Source: an uncultured Desulfobacter sp. (lineage in GTDB: Bacteria; Desulfobacterota; Desulfobacteria; Desulfobacterales; Desulfobacteraceae). Taken from it: a DNA stretch of 64,000 nucleotides. The stretch spans positions 2,016,001 to 2,080,000 of the forward strand of contig OY762069.1 in assembly GCA_963665095.1 (NCBI GenBank), given 5' to 3'. Positions 30,131 to 40,870 of this stretch are shown here, piece by piece (the stretch's first letter is position 1; the number at the start of each line of letters is the position of its first letter). The notes beneath the pieces were generated by a model, which was not told the origin of the DNA, did no database searches, and worked only from the letters and a program-made list of their open reading frames with translations. Both the position numbers and the translations under genes were made by a program.

Positions 30131-30949
30131 TTACATGGTTAAAAATGGATCTTTTTCTCTGGTAAAGGCTACCAGCTCTATATCATAGCCCCTGACACTG
30201 CATTGTGTTTCAAGACGGCGCTTCAAAAGATCAATGGCAATATGTTCAGATGGGAAATGGCCTACATCTACTGCAGTTTTACCTGCCGCCTCAATATCCC
30301 TGGCCTCATGGTATTTCAGATCTCCGGTAATATATACATCAAGACCGGTTTCCAAAAACTGCGGGGTCAAAGAGCCGCCGGAACCTGAACATATGACTGC
30401 CGTTTTAACAACAGCATCCGGGGAACCAATTGTCCGCACCAGGGGAATATTTAAATTTTGTTTAATCCTGCCGGCCAATTGTCTCAAACTTAGAGGAGTA
30501 TCAAGGTTTCCCACTCGACCAAGGCCCTGAATTGAATCAACAACTGCTCCGGATGCATCCGTATCTGTATAAAATGGTCTGCTACATGCAACATGAAGCT
30601 TTTGGGCCAAATAATCATTCAGGCCACCTGTTGCTTTATCCAGGCTGGTATGGGCAGAGACCACGGACAATGTTGATCTGGCACAGGCCAGGATTACTGA
30701 CCCCGGCATCCGACTGAAATCAATTCGTTTTTCAGGTGACATAATCAGGGGGTGATGGGATATCAGCATATCACACCCTGTCTTTTCAGCCTCCGCAACA
30801 GCTTGAACTGTCACATCCAGAGTAATGAGAATCTTTGATACGATCCAATCAGGGTCACCCACCTGAAGTCCTGAGTTATCCCAGGATTCAGCAAGGGAAA
30901 AGGGAGCAATTTGATCAACAATATCAATTACCTGTTGTACACTGGGCAT
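30131..30949 (-). CDS. Nif3-like dinuclear metal-centre protein
   Basis: AESWDNSGLQVG, SHHP, HTSLD, TGDLKYH, GHFPSE. Confidence 0.95.
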   Translation of the reverse strand: MPSVQQVIDIVDQIAPFSLAESWDNSGLQVGDPDWIVSKILITLDVTVQAVAEAEKTGCDMLISHHPLIMSPEKRIDFSRMPGSVILACARSTLSVVSAHTSLDKATGGLNDYLAQKLHVACSRPFYTDTDASGAVVDSIQGLGRVGNLDTPLSLRQLAGRIKQNLNIPLVRTIGSPDAVVKTAVICSGSGGSLTPQFLETGLDVYITGDLKYHEARDIEAAGKTAVDVGHFPSEHIAIDLLKRRLETQCSVRGYDIELVAFTREKDPFLTM

Positions 30950-30973
30950 GATTCTTTCTTTGTGTCTTTAAAT

Positions 30974-31003
30974 AAAAAAAGCGTGGAGTACACTCCACGC
31001 TTT
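30974..31003 (-). terminator. Intrinsic terminator between the tRNA and nif3
   Basis: AAAGCGTGGAGTGTACTCCACGCTTTTTTT on the minus strand. Confidence 0.8.
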
Positions 31004-31128
31004 GAATTAAGGCTATTTCTGTATTGCTCTACAGGCATATTCATATATGACCTGACCATCCTTTATCTCTTCTTATCAATGCAACTACCGGCGATTCTTC
31101 TTGAGGGTTTTATCTGAAAAAACCCTTT

Positions 31129-31205
31129 TGGTGGGCCCACCTGGATTCGAACCAGGGACCGACCGGTTATGAGCCGGTGGCTCTGCCAAACTGAGCTATA
31201 GGCCC
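31129..31205 (-). tRNA. tRNA with CAT anticodon, most likely tRNA-Ile2 (lysidine) rather than Met
   Basis: GGGCCTATAGCTCAG...CCGGCTCATAACCGG...GGTTCGAATCC...GGGCCCACCA; paired 1-72 position (not initiator); located after rpoD. Confidence 0.93.
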
Positions 31206-31281
31206 GGAAAGCCGCTTTTACTTTCAGTATCGTGAAAGCAAATTTGCAATTTATATAGTAACAGCTATTCAGTGTCAAGCG

Positions 31282-33147
31282 TTAATTCTCAATAAAAGTT
31301 TTCAGCTTTTTGCTCCTTGTGGGATGACGGAGTTTGCGCAACGCTTTGGCTTCAATCTGCCTGATACGCTCTCGGGTCACAGTAAAATCCTTGCCCACCT
31401 CTTCAAGGGTATGGTCTGATTTTTCTCCAATGCCGAACCGCATCCTCAATACCTTCTCCTCCCTAGGTGTCAGGGTTGCCAGAATCTTACGTGTCTGCTC
31501 CGCAAGGCTTAGATCAATGGCCGCCTCCGAGGGAATGGAAAACTTTTTATCCTCAATAAAATCCCCAAGATGGCTGTCCTCCTCTTCACCAATGGGCGTC
31601 TCAAGGGAGATGGGTTCTTTGGCTATTTTAAGAACCCTTCTTACCTTCTCAATGGGGATTTCCATTTTTTCGGCAATTTCCTCAGGAGACGGCTCTTTAC
31701 CCATTTCCTGAACCAAATATCTGGAGGTCCGAATCAGCTTATTAATGGTCTCTATCATATGGACCGGAATACGAATGGTTCTGGCCTGATCTGCGATGGC
31801 CCGGGTGATAGCCTGACGAATCCACCAGGTGGCATAAGTGGAGAATTTGTATCCCCTGCGATACTCAAACTTATCCACAGCTTTCATCAAACCAATATTG
31901 CCTTCCTGAATCAGATCCAGAAATTGCAGCCCTCTGTTGGTATATTTCTTTGCGATACTCACCACAAGCCTTAAATTCGCCCTGACCAGTTCACGCTTGG
32001 CAGAATCAGCATTCCTTCGCCCCCTGTCAATACCTTCAATAATACTTTTCAGGTCCTCCACACTCCCTTTAACCAGATTTTTCCTTAACGCAACCTGGTC
32101 ACACAGTGCAGTGATGTCATCATAAAGAACAGCGGCACGGTCCATGGCAACTTCACATCTTTCCGTGGCCCATTTGACAAATGTGGCTTGATCTTTTGCC
32201 TGTTTGAGCATAGTACTGGGCTGAACATTAAATGTTTTTGCGCACCTAGCCAAAAGCTCATCAACCGTTTCAAACCAGGTAATGGTATTTCTAATATTTT
32301 TCTCTATAGTATCAATCACATTAGACTCAAACCGCCAGCGCTTGAGCCGCTCAAAAATCAATTCAGTGTTATTGGCAATATCTTCCTGTAGGGTGATATA
32401 TCTTTTGGTACTCTTTCTGACAGTTTCAAGCTCAAGCCGGTTATTCTGATTTACATCATGCAGCTCCCGGATCTGAGCCAGAGACTCAAGGAACTTTTCC
32501 TGTTTTGAGACCTCATCAACAGCACCATCACCTTCGTCCACATCCCGTAAAACATGCTTGGGCCGCATGCATTTTTCTTCCATTTTCTGGCCATACATGA
32601 ATATGGTGTTCAAGGCCAGGGGACAGTCAAGCATGGACCGCAGGACATCTCTTTCTCCCACTTCAATTTTTTTGGCAATCTCAATCTCACCCTCACGACT
32701 GAGAAGCGTTACCATGCCCATTTCTTTAAGATACATCTTAACAGGATCAGTAACCGCTCCAAACTCCATGTCAGACCGCTCTTTTTTGGCAGAAAAGATA
32801 TCTTTGCGATCCTTTTTATCCATATCGTCATCAAGATTGTCAACATTCTTCCCTGCTGCCGAGGCCCTTCCAGCTGATCGGCCGGATGCCTTTTTCTTAG
32901 TCTTCTCTTTCACTGCGTCCATGGCAGACGCATCCTCATCCCTGTCATCCACCAGTTCGATACCCAGCTCCTGGAACTGGATGACAATATCATCAATCTG
33001 GTCAAAGGATTGCAAATCATCTGAAATGGCATCGTTGATTTCGGCAAAGGACAACACACCGGACTCCTCTCCTTTTTGGATGAGCCGTCTCATTTCATCT
33101 TTGCTTATCATCACATTTTGTTCAGATCTGCTGGTTTTACCTGCCAT
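31282..33147 (-). CDS. rpoD: RNA polymerase sigma factor RpoD
   Basis: [46 protein letters not shown]. Confidence 0.99.
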   Translation of the reverse strand: MAGKTSRSEQNVMISKDEMRRLIQKGEESGVLSFAEINDAISDDLQSFDQIDDIVIQFQELGIELVDDRDEDASAMDAVKEKTKKKASGRSAGRASAAGKNVDNLDDDMDKKDRKDIFSAKKERSDMEFGAVTDPVKMYLKEMGMVTLLSREGEIEIAKKIEVGERDVLRSMLDCPLALNTIFMYGQKMEEKCMRPKHVLRDVDEGDGAVDEVSKQEKFLESLAQIRELHDVNQNNRLELETVRKSTKRYITLQEDIANNTELIFERLKRWRFESNVIDTIEKNIRNTITWFETVDELLARCAKTFNVQPSTMLKQAKDQATFVKWATERCEVAMDRAAVLYDDITALCDQVALRKNLVKGSVEDLKSIIEGIDRGRRNADSAKRELVRANLRLVVSIAKKYTNRGLQFLDLIQEGNIGLMKAVDKFEYRRGYKFSTYATWWIRQAITRAIADQARTIRIPVHMIETINKLIRTSRYLVQEMGKEPSPEEIAEKMEIPIEKVRRVLKIAKEPISLETPIGEEEDSHLGDFIEDKKFSIPSEAAIDLSLAEQTRKILATLTPREEKVLRMRFGIGEKSDHTLEEVGKDFTVTRERIRQIEAKALRKLRHPTRSKKLKTFIEN

Positions 33148-33171
33148 ATAATGCCTCCCAAAGGCTTAAAA

Positions 33172-34947
33172 TTAACTGTTATGCAACTGCTGAATCTGCT
33201 GCTGTTTTTGTCTGAGCAGCTCCATCACATCAGCATCACAGCCCTTTTTTGCTTTTGTCAGTTTACTGATTATTATTCTGTCAGTTTTATTTTTTATTTT
33301 TATCACACGGTCTGCAAGAACATTGAAGGTTTCAATTGGGTCCTGCACACCGGAATAATCTTCCATTGCCATGGATGCGATCAACTGCCGGTCCTCATCA
33401 CGTGTCACCTTGGCCATCACCGCATTAATCAAACTATCCGGGTTTTCCCTATTCTCAACAATTAAATATCCCAGGCCCTGAAGATGTTGAGAATAAAAAC
33501 AGGGAATCACCTCTTTCTCCAGGGCTGTCTGTATTAATCCGGGCCAGTGAAGCATCATGGATAAAATCTGCTTTTCCCTTGGATCGGATGACAGACTGTT
33601 CTTATCCTCTCCACTGATCTCCGGCATCAAAGGCCCTTGTTTATTTGCCTGTCTTTCATAGGCATCTTTTACCTTTTCAAGCACAGCCTTTTCATCAATG
33701 TTCAAGGTTTCGGCAAGTTCCCGCACATAAATTGACCGCACAGCATAGTCCCGGATCATGGCCAGATGATGTTTCATTTCATCCAGAACTTTAATCCGTC
33801 CCTCCACAGAGATACCAAAGGTATCCAAAGCCAGCTGAAGAAGAAACTGCATAACCGTTCTGGCAGACTCTGCGAGCTTAAGAAATGCCTCCCCACCATG
33901 AGCCATGACATAGGAATCTGGATCATTTTTCCCGGGAAGCACTAGGATTCGGGTATCAATACCTTCCTGAACAAAAATCTCAATACTTCTTTTGGCAGCC
34001 TTGATGCCGGCGTCATCCGAGTCAAAAACCAGTATCATGGTCTTGGCGTATCCTTTAAGTATCCTGACATGTTCCCGGGTCAATGCTGTGCCAAGACTGG
34101 CAACAGTATTCTTAACCCCATGCTGGTACAGGGACAGAAAATCAAAATACCCCTCCACAATAAACACCTGCCCCAGCCTGCGGCACTCCTGCTTGGCTGC
34201 ATGCAGACCGTAAAGAATCCGACTTTTACTGTAGACCGGCGTCTCAGGTGAATTCATGTATTTGGGCATCCCATCATCCATAACCCGGCCACCAAAGCCT
34301 GCCACCTGCATATTGATATCAAAAATCGGAAACATCAGACGATTTCTGAAGCGGTCATAAAACCCGCTTTTCTGCTTTTTCTCCAAAACCAGACCGGAAT
34401 TAAGCGCCACGTTTCTGGTTATTTTTTCATTTTTGAAAACACGAACAATTGTATCCCAGGCGTCCAGAGAACAACCAAGATGGAACTTATCAATAATTTC
34501 CGGACTGGTTCCCCGACGTGCCAGATATGCCTTTGCCGCCCCACCCTTTGAAGGGTCATTTAAAAATTGAGCATATTTGTGCATCACCTTTTTGTTCAAG
34601 CGGAACAAAGACTCTCTTGTATTCAGCGCTTTTAATTGTGCCGGGTCCATTTGCCGGGTTTCGATAACAATATCGTATTTCCTGGCAAGCATTCTGGCTG
34701 CTTCAGGAAAAGAGAGGCCATGATATTTCATAACAAAAGACAGAGAATTACCACCGGCACTGCAACCAAAGCAGTGAAAAATCTGTTTATCCGGGTTCAC
34801 AGAAAAAGAGGGGGTTTTCTCAGAATGAAATGGGCACAGCCCAAAGAAATTCCGCCCTGATTTTTTTAAAATAACTGCTTCGGAAACAACGTCTACGATA
34901 TCCGAAGCAGCTAAAATTTCGGCAATTTTCTCTTCAGGGATCAGCAT
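33172..34947 (-). CDS. dnaG: DNA primase
   Basis: CPFHSEKTPSF...CFGC zinc finger, KYMNSPET, VEGYFD, DSDDAG, DPD. Start set at ATG 34947. Confidence 0.98.
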   Translation of the reverse strand: MLIPEEKIAEILAASDIVDVVSEAVILKKSGRNFFGLCPFHSEKTPSFSVNPDKQIFHCFGCSAGGNSLSFVMKYHGLSFPEAARMLARKYDIVIETRQMDPAQLKALNTRESLFRLNKKVMHKYAQFLNDPSKGGAAKAYLARRGTSPEIIDKFHLGCSLDAWDTIVRVFKNEKITRNVALNSGLVLEKKQKSGFYDRFRNRLMFPIFDINMQVAGFGGRVMDDGMPKYMNSPETPVYSKSRILYGLHAAKQECRRLGQVFIVEGYFDFLSLYQHGVKNTVASLGTALTREHVRILKGYAKTMILVFDSDDAGIKAAKRSIEIFVQEGIDTRILVLPGKNDPDSYVMAHGGEAFLKLAESARTVMQFLLQLALDTFGISVEGRIKVLDEMKHHLAMIRDYAVRSIYVRELAETLNIDEKAVLEKVKDAYERQANKQGPLMPEISGEDKNSLSSDPREKQILSMMLHWPGLIQTALEKEVIPCFYSQHLQGLGYLIVENRENPDSLINAVMAKVTRDEDRQLIASMAMEDYSGVQDPIETFNVLADRVIKIKNKTDRIIISKLTKAKKGCDADVMELLRQKQQQIQQLHNS

Positions 34948-35046
34948 TTTGGGTGGTGCAGGCTCCAAAATATCAAAAGTTAGGCAACTTTATAGAATAA
35001 GCAGTGAATCCAGGCTGTCAATAAAAAATCAAAACACAGCAATTGA

Positions 35047-35634
35047 CTACAAACACCCTTTGGTGGACAGTGCACCTGAAATGTGCCTAACAGGGCGGGT
35101 AGCAGTATGCAAAGCCCGGCCAAAGGCCTTGAAAACAGATTCAAGCACATGATGCTCATTGACACCATAACAGGTGTTAATATGCAGGTTAAATCCGCCT
35201 TTGACACTTAAAGCCTGGAAAAACTCTTTTGCCAAATACGCATCAAAGCGCCCCCTTGATTTTAAATCATCAGGTATGTGGTATACGAGGTAAGGACGGT
35301 TGGACAGATCAATGGTCACCCGTGACAGGGCTTCATCCATGGGAACACTGGCATCACCAAACCGCTGAATGCCGTCCTTTGAAGAAAGCGCCTGGGCAAT
35401 AGCCTGCCCAAGCACAAGACCCGTATCCTCAACAGTATGATGAAAATCAACCTCAAGATCGCCTGCAACTGAAAGCTTAAGATCAAAAAAGCCATGGACG
35501 GTGAAAGCTGAAAGCATGTGATTAAAAAAGGGAATGCCTGTATCGATATCTGCTTTTCCCTGTCCGTCCAGATTCAGCCTAAGATTTATCCGGGTTTCCT
35601 TAGTCTGCCTTGACACTTCGGATTGTCGACTCAT
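35047..35634 (-). CDS. hisB: Imidazoleglycerol-phosphate dehydratase
   Basis: RQTKET, DFHHTVED, PMDEA, NEHH..E, STKG. Start at ATG 35634. Confidence 0.97.
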   Translation of the reverse strand: MSRQSEVSRQTKETRINLRLNLDGQGKADIDTGIPFFNHMLSAFTVHGFFDLKLSVAGDLEVDFHHTVEDTGLVLGQAIAQALSSKDGIQRFGDASVPMDEALSRVTIDLSNRPYLVYHIPDDLKSRGRFDAYLAKEFFQALSVKGGFNLHINTCYGVNEHHVLESVFKAFGRALHTATRPVRHISGALSTKGCL

Positions 35635-35827
35635 AAAAATTCCTTGAAACCGGCAAAAATCTATTCTATACAACTTCAAGCTAACCAGTACAACGTTCGA
35701 GATTCTTGGCCCTGCAGCGGTTGCCCGCGCATAACGCCATAACGCATCGTAACGAATCCTATCAAAATACGTGATTTATTGCCATTTGTCAATATATAAT
35801 ACAACCACAACTGTTATATATAACCGC

Positions 35828-35856
35828 TTGAAATTTCAGCAACAAATGAGTATTAT
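35828..35856 (+). promoter_or_regulatory. Putative sigma70 promoter
   Basis: TTGAAA-N17-TATTAT, 31 nt upstream of ORF 35888. Confidence 0.6.
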
Positions 35857-35887
35857 TAGTTAAATACATCATTTAGCAGGACAGTAT

Positions 35888-36625
35888 ATGGATATCCGGG
35901 GGTCGGTATCAAATACGTATTACAATTATCAGTTCCCACCAGGCCAGGAAGCAGGCCAGGGTTTGGGCCAGTCCCCTTTTTTGCCCCCATCAGGGCCCAG
36001 TGATCTGGATAAGGCCGGGAATACGGCATATAGTGGCCCATCTGACCAAGACCAGACAACAGAACCGACAAATACAGATTCTGAACCCGGGGATACCACC
36101 CCGTCCCGGGAAGAAGATCACTCGTCTGAAGCCGGCACCGATACCACCGGGCTTACCCGGGAAGAGCAGCACCTTGTGGATAAACTTGAAAAGATTGACA
36201 CTGAGGTGAGAGCCCATGAAATGGCGCATATTGCAGCAGGCGGCCAGTATATTACATCAGGTGCAACCTTTTCATATCAGCGGGGTCCTGATGGGAAAAA
36301 CTATGCCGTAGGCGGGGAAGTAAGCATCGACACCTCGGCTGAACCCGGAGACCCCCAAGCCACTTTAAAGAAAATGCGGCAGGTTCGCGCAGCCGCTCTG
36401 GCTCCGGCCGAGCCCTCCTCCCAGGATATGAGAGTTGCGGCCAAAGCAGCATCCCAGGCAGCCAAAGCCATATCACAGATTGCCCAGCTCCAGGCCCAGG
36501 AATACCAAAACCAGGGTGAAACAGCGATTTCCGAATATACCCGCCAACAGGCGTCTGATGCATATACCCAGACCAGTGACATGACCAAGCATTCAGACAA
36601 GACAACTTTTCAGGCCATTGCCTGA
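35888..36625 (+). CDS. SrpA/SprA-related putative metalloprotease family protein
   Basis: DTEVRAHEMAHIAAGG, GPDGKNYAVGGEVSID, AALAPAEPSSQD. Confidence 0.85.
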   Translation: MDIRGSVSNTYYNYQFPPGQEAGQGLGQSPFLPPSGPSDLDKAGNTAYSGPSDQDQTTEPTNTDSEPGDTTPSREEDHSSEAGTDTTGLTREEQHLVDKLEKIDTEVRAHEMAHIAAGGQYITSGATFSYQRGPDGKNYAVGGEVSIDTSAEPGDPQATLKKMRQVRAAALAPAEPSSQDMRVAAKAASQAAKAISQIAQLQAQEYQNQGETAISEYTRQQASDAYTQTSDMTKHSDKTTFQAIA

Positions 36626-36784
36626 TCCTGCCACTGCTCCGCAAAAAAGATACAAACTGCCCTGTAAGGACCGCAGATGAAATAAAATGGACCAAACTGC
36701 GCCGAACGTTGGCTTATATACAAGGCGAATGAAAGGTCCAAAGGCCACATTGCTGAACACATTTATATGGGGGCAAAATCCAAA

Positions 36785-37324
36785 CTATTTTATCAGCGGA
36801 ACAATCTGCTTGAATGCGTCACACCGGGCTGTTTTCATCAACTCAAAAAAAGCCATTTCCACACTGGTAATTTCAGCACCGGCCCTGGCCAGACGGTCAA
36901 GACCTATCTGCCTGTTTTCAGGTGTTCTGGAAGAAACACAGTCCGCAACAACTTGAACCCGGCATCCTTGGGCAATTAAATCCATCCCTGTCTGAAATAT
37001 GCAGATATGGGTCTCAATGCCGGTAAGCAGCACGTTTCGTCTGCCGCATGCTTCAAAGGCCTGCATAAAGGCAGGTTCAGCACAGCAGGAAAAGGCATGT
37101 TTTTCAATGGGCTGCTGTCCTTCCAGCAACATTGCCAGGCGCTCGGTGGTAGGACCCAGTTTAGCGGGGATCTGCTCCAGCCATATAATGGGAACCCCTA
37201 AGGTTTTCATTCCCTTGATAATGATCTCAAGGCAGTCAAACAAAGCCTCCTTGCGATACATAAGCTGTGCCAGTTGTCCCTGAACATCCACCAACATCAT
37301 TACTGAATTGTCTTGGGTAAACAT
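36785..37324 (-). CDS. Isochorismatase-family hydrolase
   Basis: VDVQ, EQIPAKLGPT, KHAFSC, GIETHICIFQT. Confidence 0.92.
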   Translation of the reverse strand: MFTQDNSVMMLVDVQGQLAQLMYRKEALFDCLEIIIKGMKTLGVPIIWLEQIPAKLGPTTERLAMLLEGQQPIEKHAFSCCAEPAFMQAFEACGRRNVLLTGIETHICIFQTGMDLIAQGCRVQVVADCVSSRTPENRQIGLDRLARAGAEITSVEMAFFELMKTARCDAFKQIVPLIK

Positions 37325-37518
37325 AACAACCTCCTTTTATATGATTTTCAACGAACAGACCCTACCGGGCTTTTGAATCCTGGTTTGGTCTACAAAAACA
37401 CAATCGTAATCTATTATATGACTGACATTTTTCTATAAAAAAACATACTGGATTTGTTATGAAAAGATTTTTTTGTTATTATTATATTTCAAGACATTAT
37501 AAACTGGAGAAAATAATC

Positions 37519-37872
37519 ATGAGCATGACCGTCCAGAACAATGTTTCAGCCCTGCAGGCTTTTTCAAACCAGATGTCCGTTTCTGCCAACAATGTGGCAA
37601 ACTCTTTGTCAGATGAATTTAAAGCAGACCGTGCATTAAACGTGGAAGGAGAAAACGGGCAGGTTGAAACCTATATCACAGAAACTAATGGCAGCGCGCC
37701 TTTAGTGGAGGATCCTTTCAAGGAAGACGGATCACTGAAAGAGATGTCCAACACGGATATTGGCGAAGAAATGGTAGTACAGATTCAAGCCCAGAACGGA
37801 TTTGAGGCGAATACAAAAGTTATTCAAACCTACGACGAAACCCTGGGGTCTCTTTTAGATACCATTGGATAA
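37519..37872 (+). CDS. Orphan flagellar rod/hook-like protein (FlgC-type N- and C-terminal D0 motifs only)
   Basis: SANNVAN and SNTDIGEEMV..IQAQNGFEAN...LGSLLD; GGAG RBS before ATG 37519. Confidence 0.8.
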   Translation: MSMTVQNNVSALQAFSNQMSVSANNVANSLSDEFKADRALNVEGENGQVETYITETNGSAPLVEDPFKEDGSLKEMSNTDIGEEMVVQIQAQNGFEANTKVIQTYDETLGSLLDTIG

Positions 37873-37960
37873 CCCTGTGAAAATTACCTGGGTAGCCGGA
37901 CATTATCTCCTGAATCCGGATTTTTAAACATGTGCATTTAAAAAACTCCCATTTTCAATT

Positions 37961-38506
37961 GTGCAGAAAATATCTTTTTTAAACAGCATTATTTTACCTT
38001 TTCTGGTATTGCTTCTGGTATTGTCTGGATGCGCCAAATCTTCTATACCAATTCCACCGCAAAATATATCTACACAGGGTGTAGCCCGGCCTGAGCAGAC
38101 TCCGGACATCTGCCCTCAGCGCCATACAATCCTTCAGGCGGCCTTAAACGCTGTAGGCAGTCCATATCACTGGGGAGGCACTTCCTTGAAACAGGGTTTT
38201 GACTGTTCAGGACTGGTGGTCTTTACCCATGCAAAAATCGGCATCCATGTACCAAGAACAGCCAAAGCCCAATATAAAAGCAAAAATCCCGTTTTGACAA
38301 CAGACATCCTGCCGGCTGATCTGGTCTTCTTTACCATTCCCGGAAAAAATAAAAACATTCATGTAGGTATTTATGTGGGTGAAAACCAATTTGTCCATGC
38401 CCCTGGAAGAGGACGAAAGGTCATGTTGGCCTCACTGGAAAATCCCTATTTCCAGCACCATTTTATTGGTGCCGGAAATTTTCTTGATATAAAAAAGTGC
38501 CGTTAA
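37961..38506 (+). CDS. NlpC/P60 (C40) peptidase lipoprotein
   Basis: Lipobox LSGC; PYHWGG, GFDCSG, HVGIY, FVHA. Confidence 0.93.
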   Translation: MQKISFLNSIILPFLVLLLVLSGCAKSSIPIPPQNISTQGVARPEQTPDICPQRHTILQAALNAVGSPYHWGGTSLKQGFDCSGLVVFTHAKIGIHVPRTAKAQYKSKNPVLTTDILPADLVFFTIPGKNKNIHVGIYVGENQFVHAPGRGRKVMLASLENPYFQHHFIGAGNFLDIKKCR

Positions 38507-38572
38507 GTCATCGATTGTCTGACAAACAACTATCTTTACCAAGTTGAGTGTCTGTCCGGTACCACTATATCA

Positions 38573-39544
38573 TTACAGTTTGGGTTTAAGAAAAAAAGAC
38601 CGGATCAACACATGGGGATCATATGACATTTTAGCCTGGACAAGCCCGGGGATACCAAGATCTTGCTCCCTGTTTATCAGCACAGACTTTCCTAAAAGCG
38701 CCCGGGCTGTTTCCCGGTTAATCATCTGGGCTGCACCCTTAAATGCAAAATCTGATTTTTCAAAATGAACATTCCACATGCCCGGAGACAAAGGGCTGAA
38801 AACGGAAAAAGCCGCCATCTCATCCCCTACCCAGAGAATAAGCCCCTCAAGCCCCAACACATCCCAGTTTAAAAAAGCCGTTGCAATGGCTTTGGACTCT
38901 TCGATCAGAGAGACGGGTACAGATGGCATGACGTCTAACAGGCCCTTTTCAAATTTCATGATCAGCCCGCACATGTCTGAAGTAACGGGGGATATCCGGT
39001 AATCCGGGTATTTGCGTTTAAACTGCGAAACAAGATTTTTCTTTTTGTGCAGTTTATTTCCTTTGAGTTCAAACAAATCCCGGGTCAGATACACATAATC
39101 AGCCGCTGCCCGGTCTGCCGTAACTTTAAAGTATTGCTCCAGATTATCGTTAAGGGCCACATAGGTTTCCGGAACCAGGCCAATGTTGCCGGAATAACCT
39201 GCGGCAGCAGCCTCGCATGAAAGCTCATGAAGGGATTCAGGTGAAAAGTCTTCTCCCACAGGCATAAACAAAGCCTGACTGGCGCCGTCGATAATAACCA
39301 GACGGCCTTTATAAACAAACCATGAATAACGGTATATATCCTTCCAGCAGAATAGATTTACAAAATTATACTCACATGAGCAGGAAGGGAATCTGCCCAG
39401 GAAATCAATGATCCTGGATCTTGAATCCAGATCAAATTTCCCGGGCTGATGTAAATCCGGCTCAGACTCCTGAAGATCTGAGAGCCCCTGATCACAGGTA
39501 TTCGATTCTCGGTATCCAACTGTTTGACAACTAGAATGGGCCAT
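38573..39544 (-). CDS. DUF2156 (soluble phosphatidylglycerol-lysyltransferase-like) protein
   Basis: DYVY...LKGNKLHKKKN, VHFEK, INREQDLGIPGLVQAKMSY. Confidence 0.88.
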   Translation of the reverse strand: MAHSSCQTVGYRESNTCDQGLSDLQESEPDLHQPGKFDLDSRSRIIDFLGRFPSCSCEYNFVNLFCWKDIYRYSWFVYKGRLVIIDGASQALFMPVGEDFSPESLHELSCEAAAAGYSGNIGLVPETYVALNDNLEQYFKVTADRAAADYVYLTRDLFELKGNKLHKKKNLVSQFKRKYPDYRISPVTSDMCGLIMKFEKGLLDVMPSVPVSLIEESKAIATAFLNWDVLGLEGLILWVGDEMAAFSVFSPLSPGMWNVHFEKSDFAFKGAAQMINRETARALLGKSVLINREQDLGIPGLVQAKMSYDPHVLIRSFFLKPKL

Positions 39545-39546
39545 TA

Positions 39547-39978
39547 TTAAACCTCACTTAATTTAAAGGGGATATGGTCAGGCATCTGCCGGAACCCCAG
39601 TCTCTCATAAAAAGAACGGGTTCCAGGCTGACCGATCAATCCGATCCAGTCCACCCCTCGATTTTTCAATTCCTGGATCAGAAAATTAATAATTTTTGTG
39701 CCGATTCCTCTGCCCCGAAAGTCAGAAAGTACAGCAATATCCTGAATATAAGCATCACTGCATAAATCGGAAAGGGCCCTTCCCATGCCAATAATCCGAT
39801 TATTTGAAAAAGCACCGGCAAACAAGGCCGACTTTTCAGGAATTTCTTCCAGAAAGGTATCTGAAAAATCATATTCGTCCACCCACCACCCGGCATCCCG
39901 GTAAAGGGCTTTCAGATCCTGGACAGGTACGCAGGTAACAAGCATAATCTTTAAGTCGGAAAGATCATCACCGGTCAT
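39547..39978 (-). CDS. GNAT N-acetyltransferase
   Basis: IGMGR, AYIQDIAV..FRGRGIG, FYERLGF. Confidence 0.92.
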   Translation of the reverse strand: MTGDDLSDLKIMLVTCVPVQDLKALYRDAGWWVDEYDFSDTFLEEIPEKSALFAGAFSNNRIIGMGRALSDLCSDAYIQDIAVLSDFRGRGIGTKIINFLIQELKNRGVDWIGLIGQPGTRSFYERLGFRQMPDHIPFKLSEV

Positions 39979-40844
39979 ATCCCCTCCGTTATTATTTTTT
40001 TTGCGAAACAGGGCAGGACAAATGCAGCTGTGTGCATTTCTGAAGAGTAATATTTCAACCGGTCCTGCAACGCCTCAGGCACCGGACGCGCAGGGGTCAA
40101 AAGCTCCGGTCCCAAAGAAGCCATACATATGCCGATATGTCCACCGGTATATGACGGCACAACAATGTTGGCATAGGCATGGACAGGAAACAACCGGCCT
40201 GTCATACGAACCAGTTTTCTGACATAGTCCGGATGAAGGAAAACGGATTCTCCCTGGGTGGCTATAACGCCTCCGGGTCTAAGCGCCTGCCTGAGATCCA
40301 TATAAAAGGGTTCATCAAACAAAGCTTCACCTGGTCCCACAGGATCGGAGGAGTCCACGATGATCACATCATAGGCATTTTTGTGTTCACGGACAAAGAG
40401 GGTGCCATCTTTAATATGGATATTCACCCTGGGATCGTCAAACCCGCAGGCTATTGATGGAAGGAACTCTCTGGCCACCGCTATCACCTGTTCATCAATC
40501 TCACAGAAATCAATGGACGCCACATGGGTGTGCTGACTGATCTCCCTTAGAACCCCGCCGTCACCACCGCCAACGACAAGCACCTTTTCCGGACTGGGAT
40601 GGGAAAACAACGGCAGGTGTGCCATCATTTCATGATAACAGAATTCATCTTGTTCCGTTAGCTGAATAATCCCGTCCAATACCAGCATCTTGCCATGGGA
40701 GCGGGTCTGGTACAGATCTATCTGCTGAAATCGGCTTTTCTTACTGTAAATGAGTTTGTCCACCTGCATGGACAAAGCGATGCCTTCCCACATGGGAAAA
40801 ATTTCGCTGAACCACCCTTCCTCTATTCTATTTAGATTTTGCAT
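39975..40844 (-). CDS. speE: Spermidine synthase / polyamine aminopropyltransferase
   Basis: LVLDG..Q, DEFCYHE, VGGGDGG, DVIIVDSSDP. Confidence 0.96.
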   Translation of the reverse strand: MQNLNRIEEGWFSEIFPMWEGIALSMQVDKLIYSKKSRFQQIDLYQTRSHGKMLVLDGIIQLTEQDEFCYHEMMAHLPLFSHPSPEKVLVVGGGDGGVLREISQHTHVASIDFCEIDEQVIAVAREFLPSIACGFDDPRVNIHIKDGTLFVREHKNAYDVIIVDSSDPVGPGEALFDEPFYMDLRQALRPGGVIATQGESVFLHPDYVRKLVRMTGRLFPVHAYANIVVPSYTGGHIGICMASLGPELLTPARPVPEALQDRLKYYSSEMHTAAFVLPCFAKKIITEGI

Positions 40845-40870
40845 CGAATGCTGTCTTTCTAAAACACCAC

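Noticed and set aside
31063..31278. 71-aa ORF after rpoD
   Set aside because: It spans the tRNA gene.
35964..35976. GGGCCAGTCCC, reverse complement of a SAM-I riboswitch segment
   Set aside because: It is inside a CDS and the other SAM-I elements are absent.
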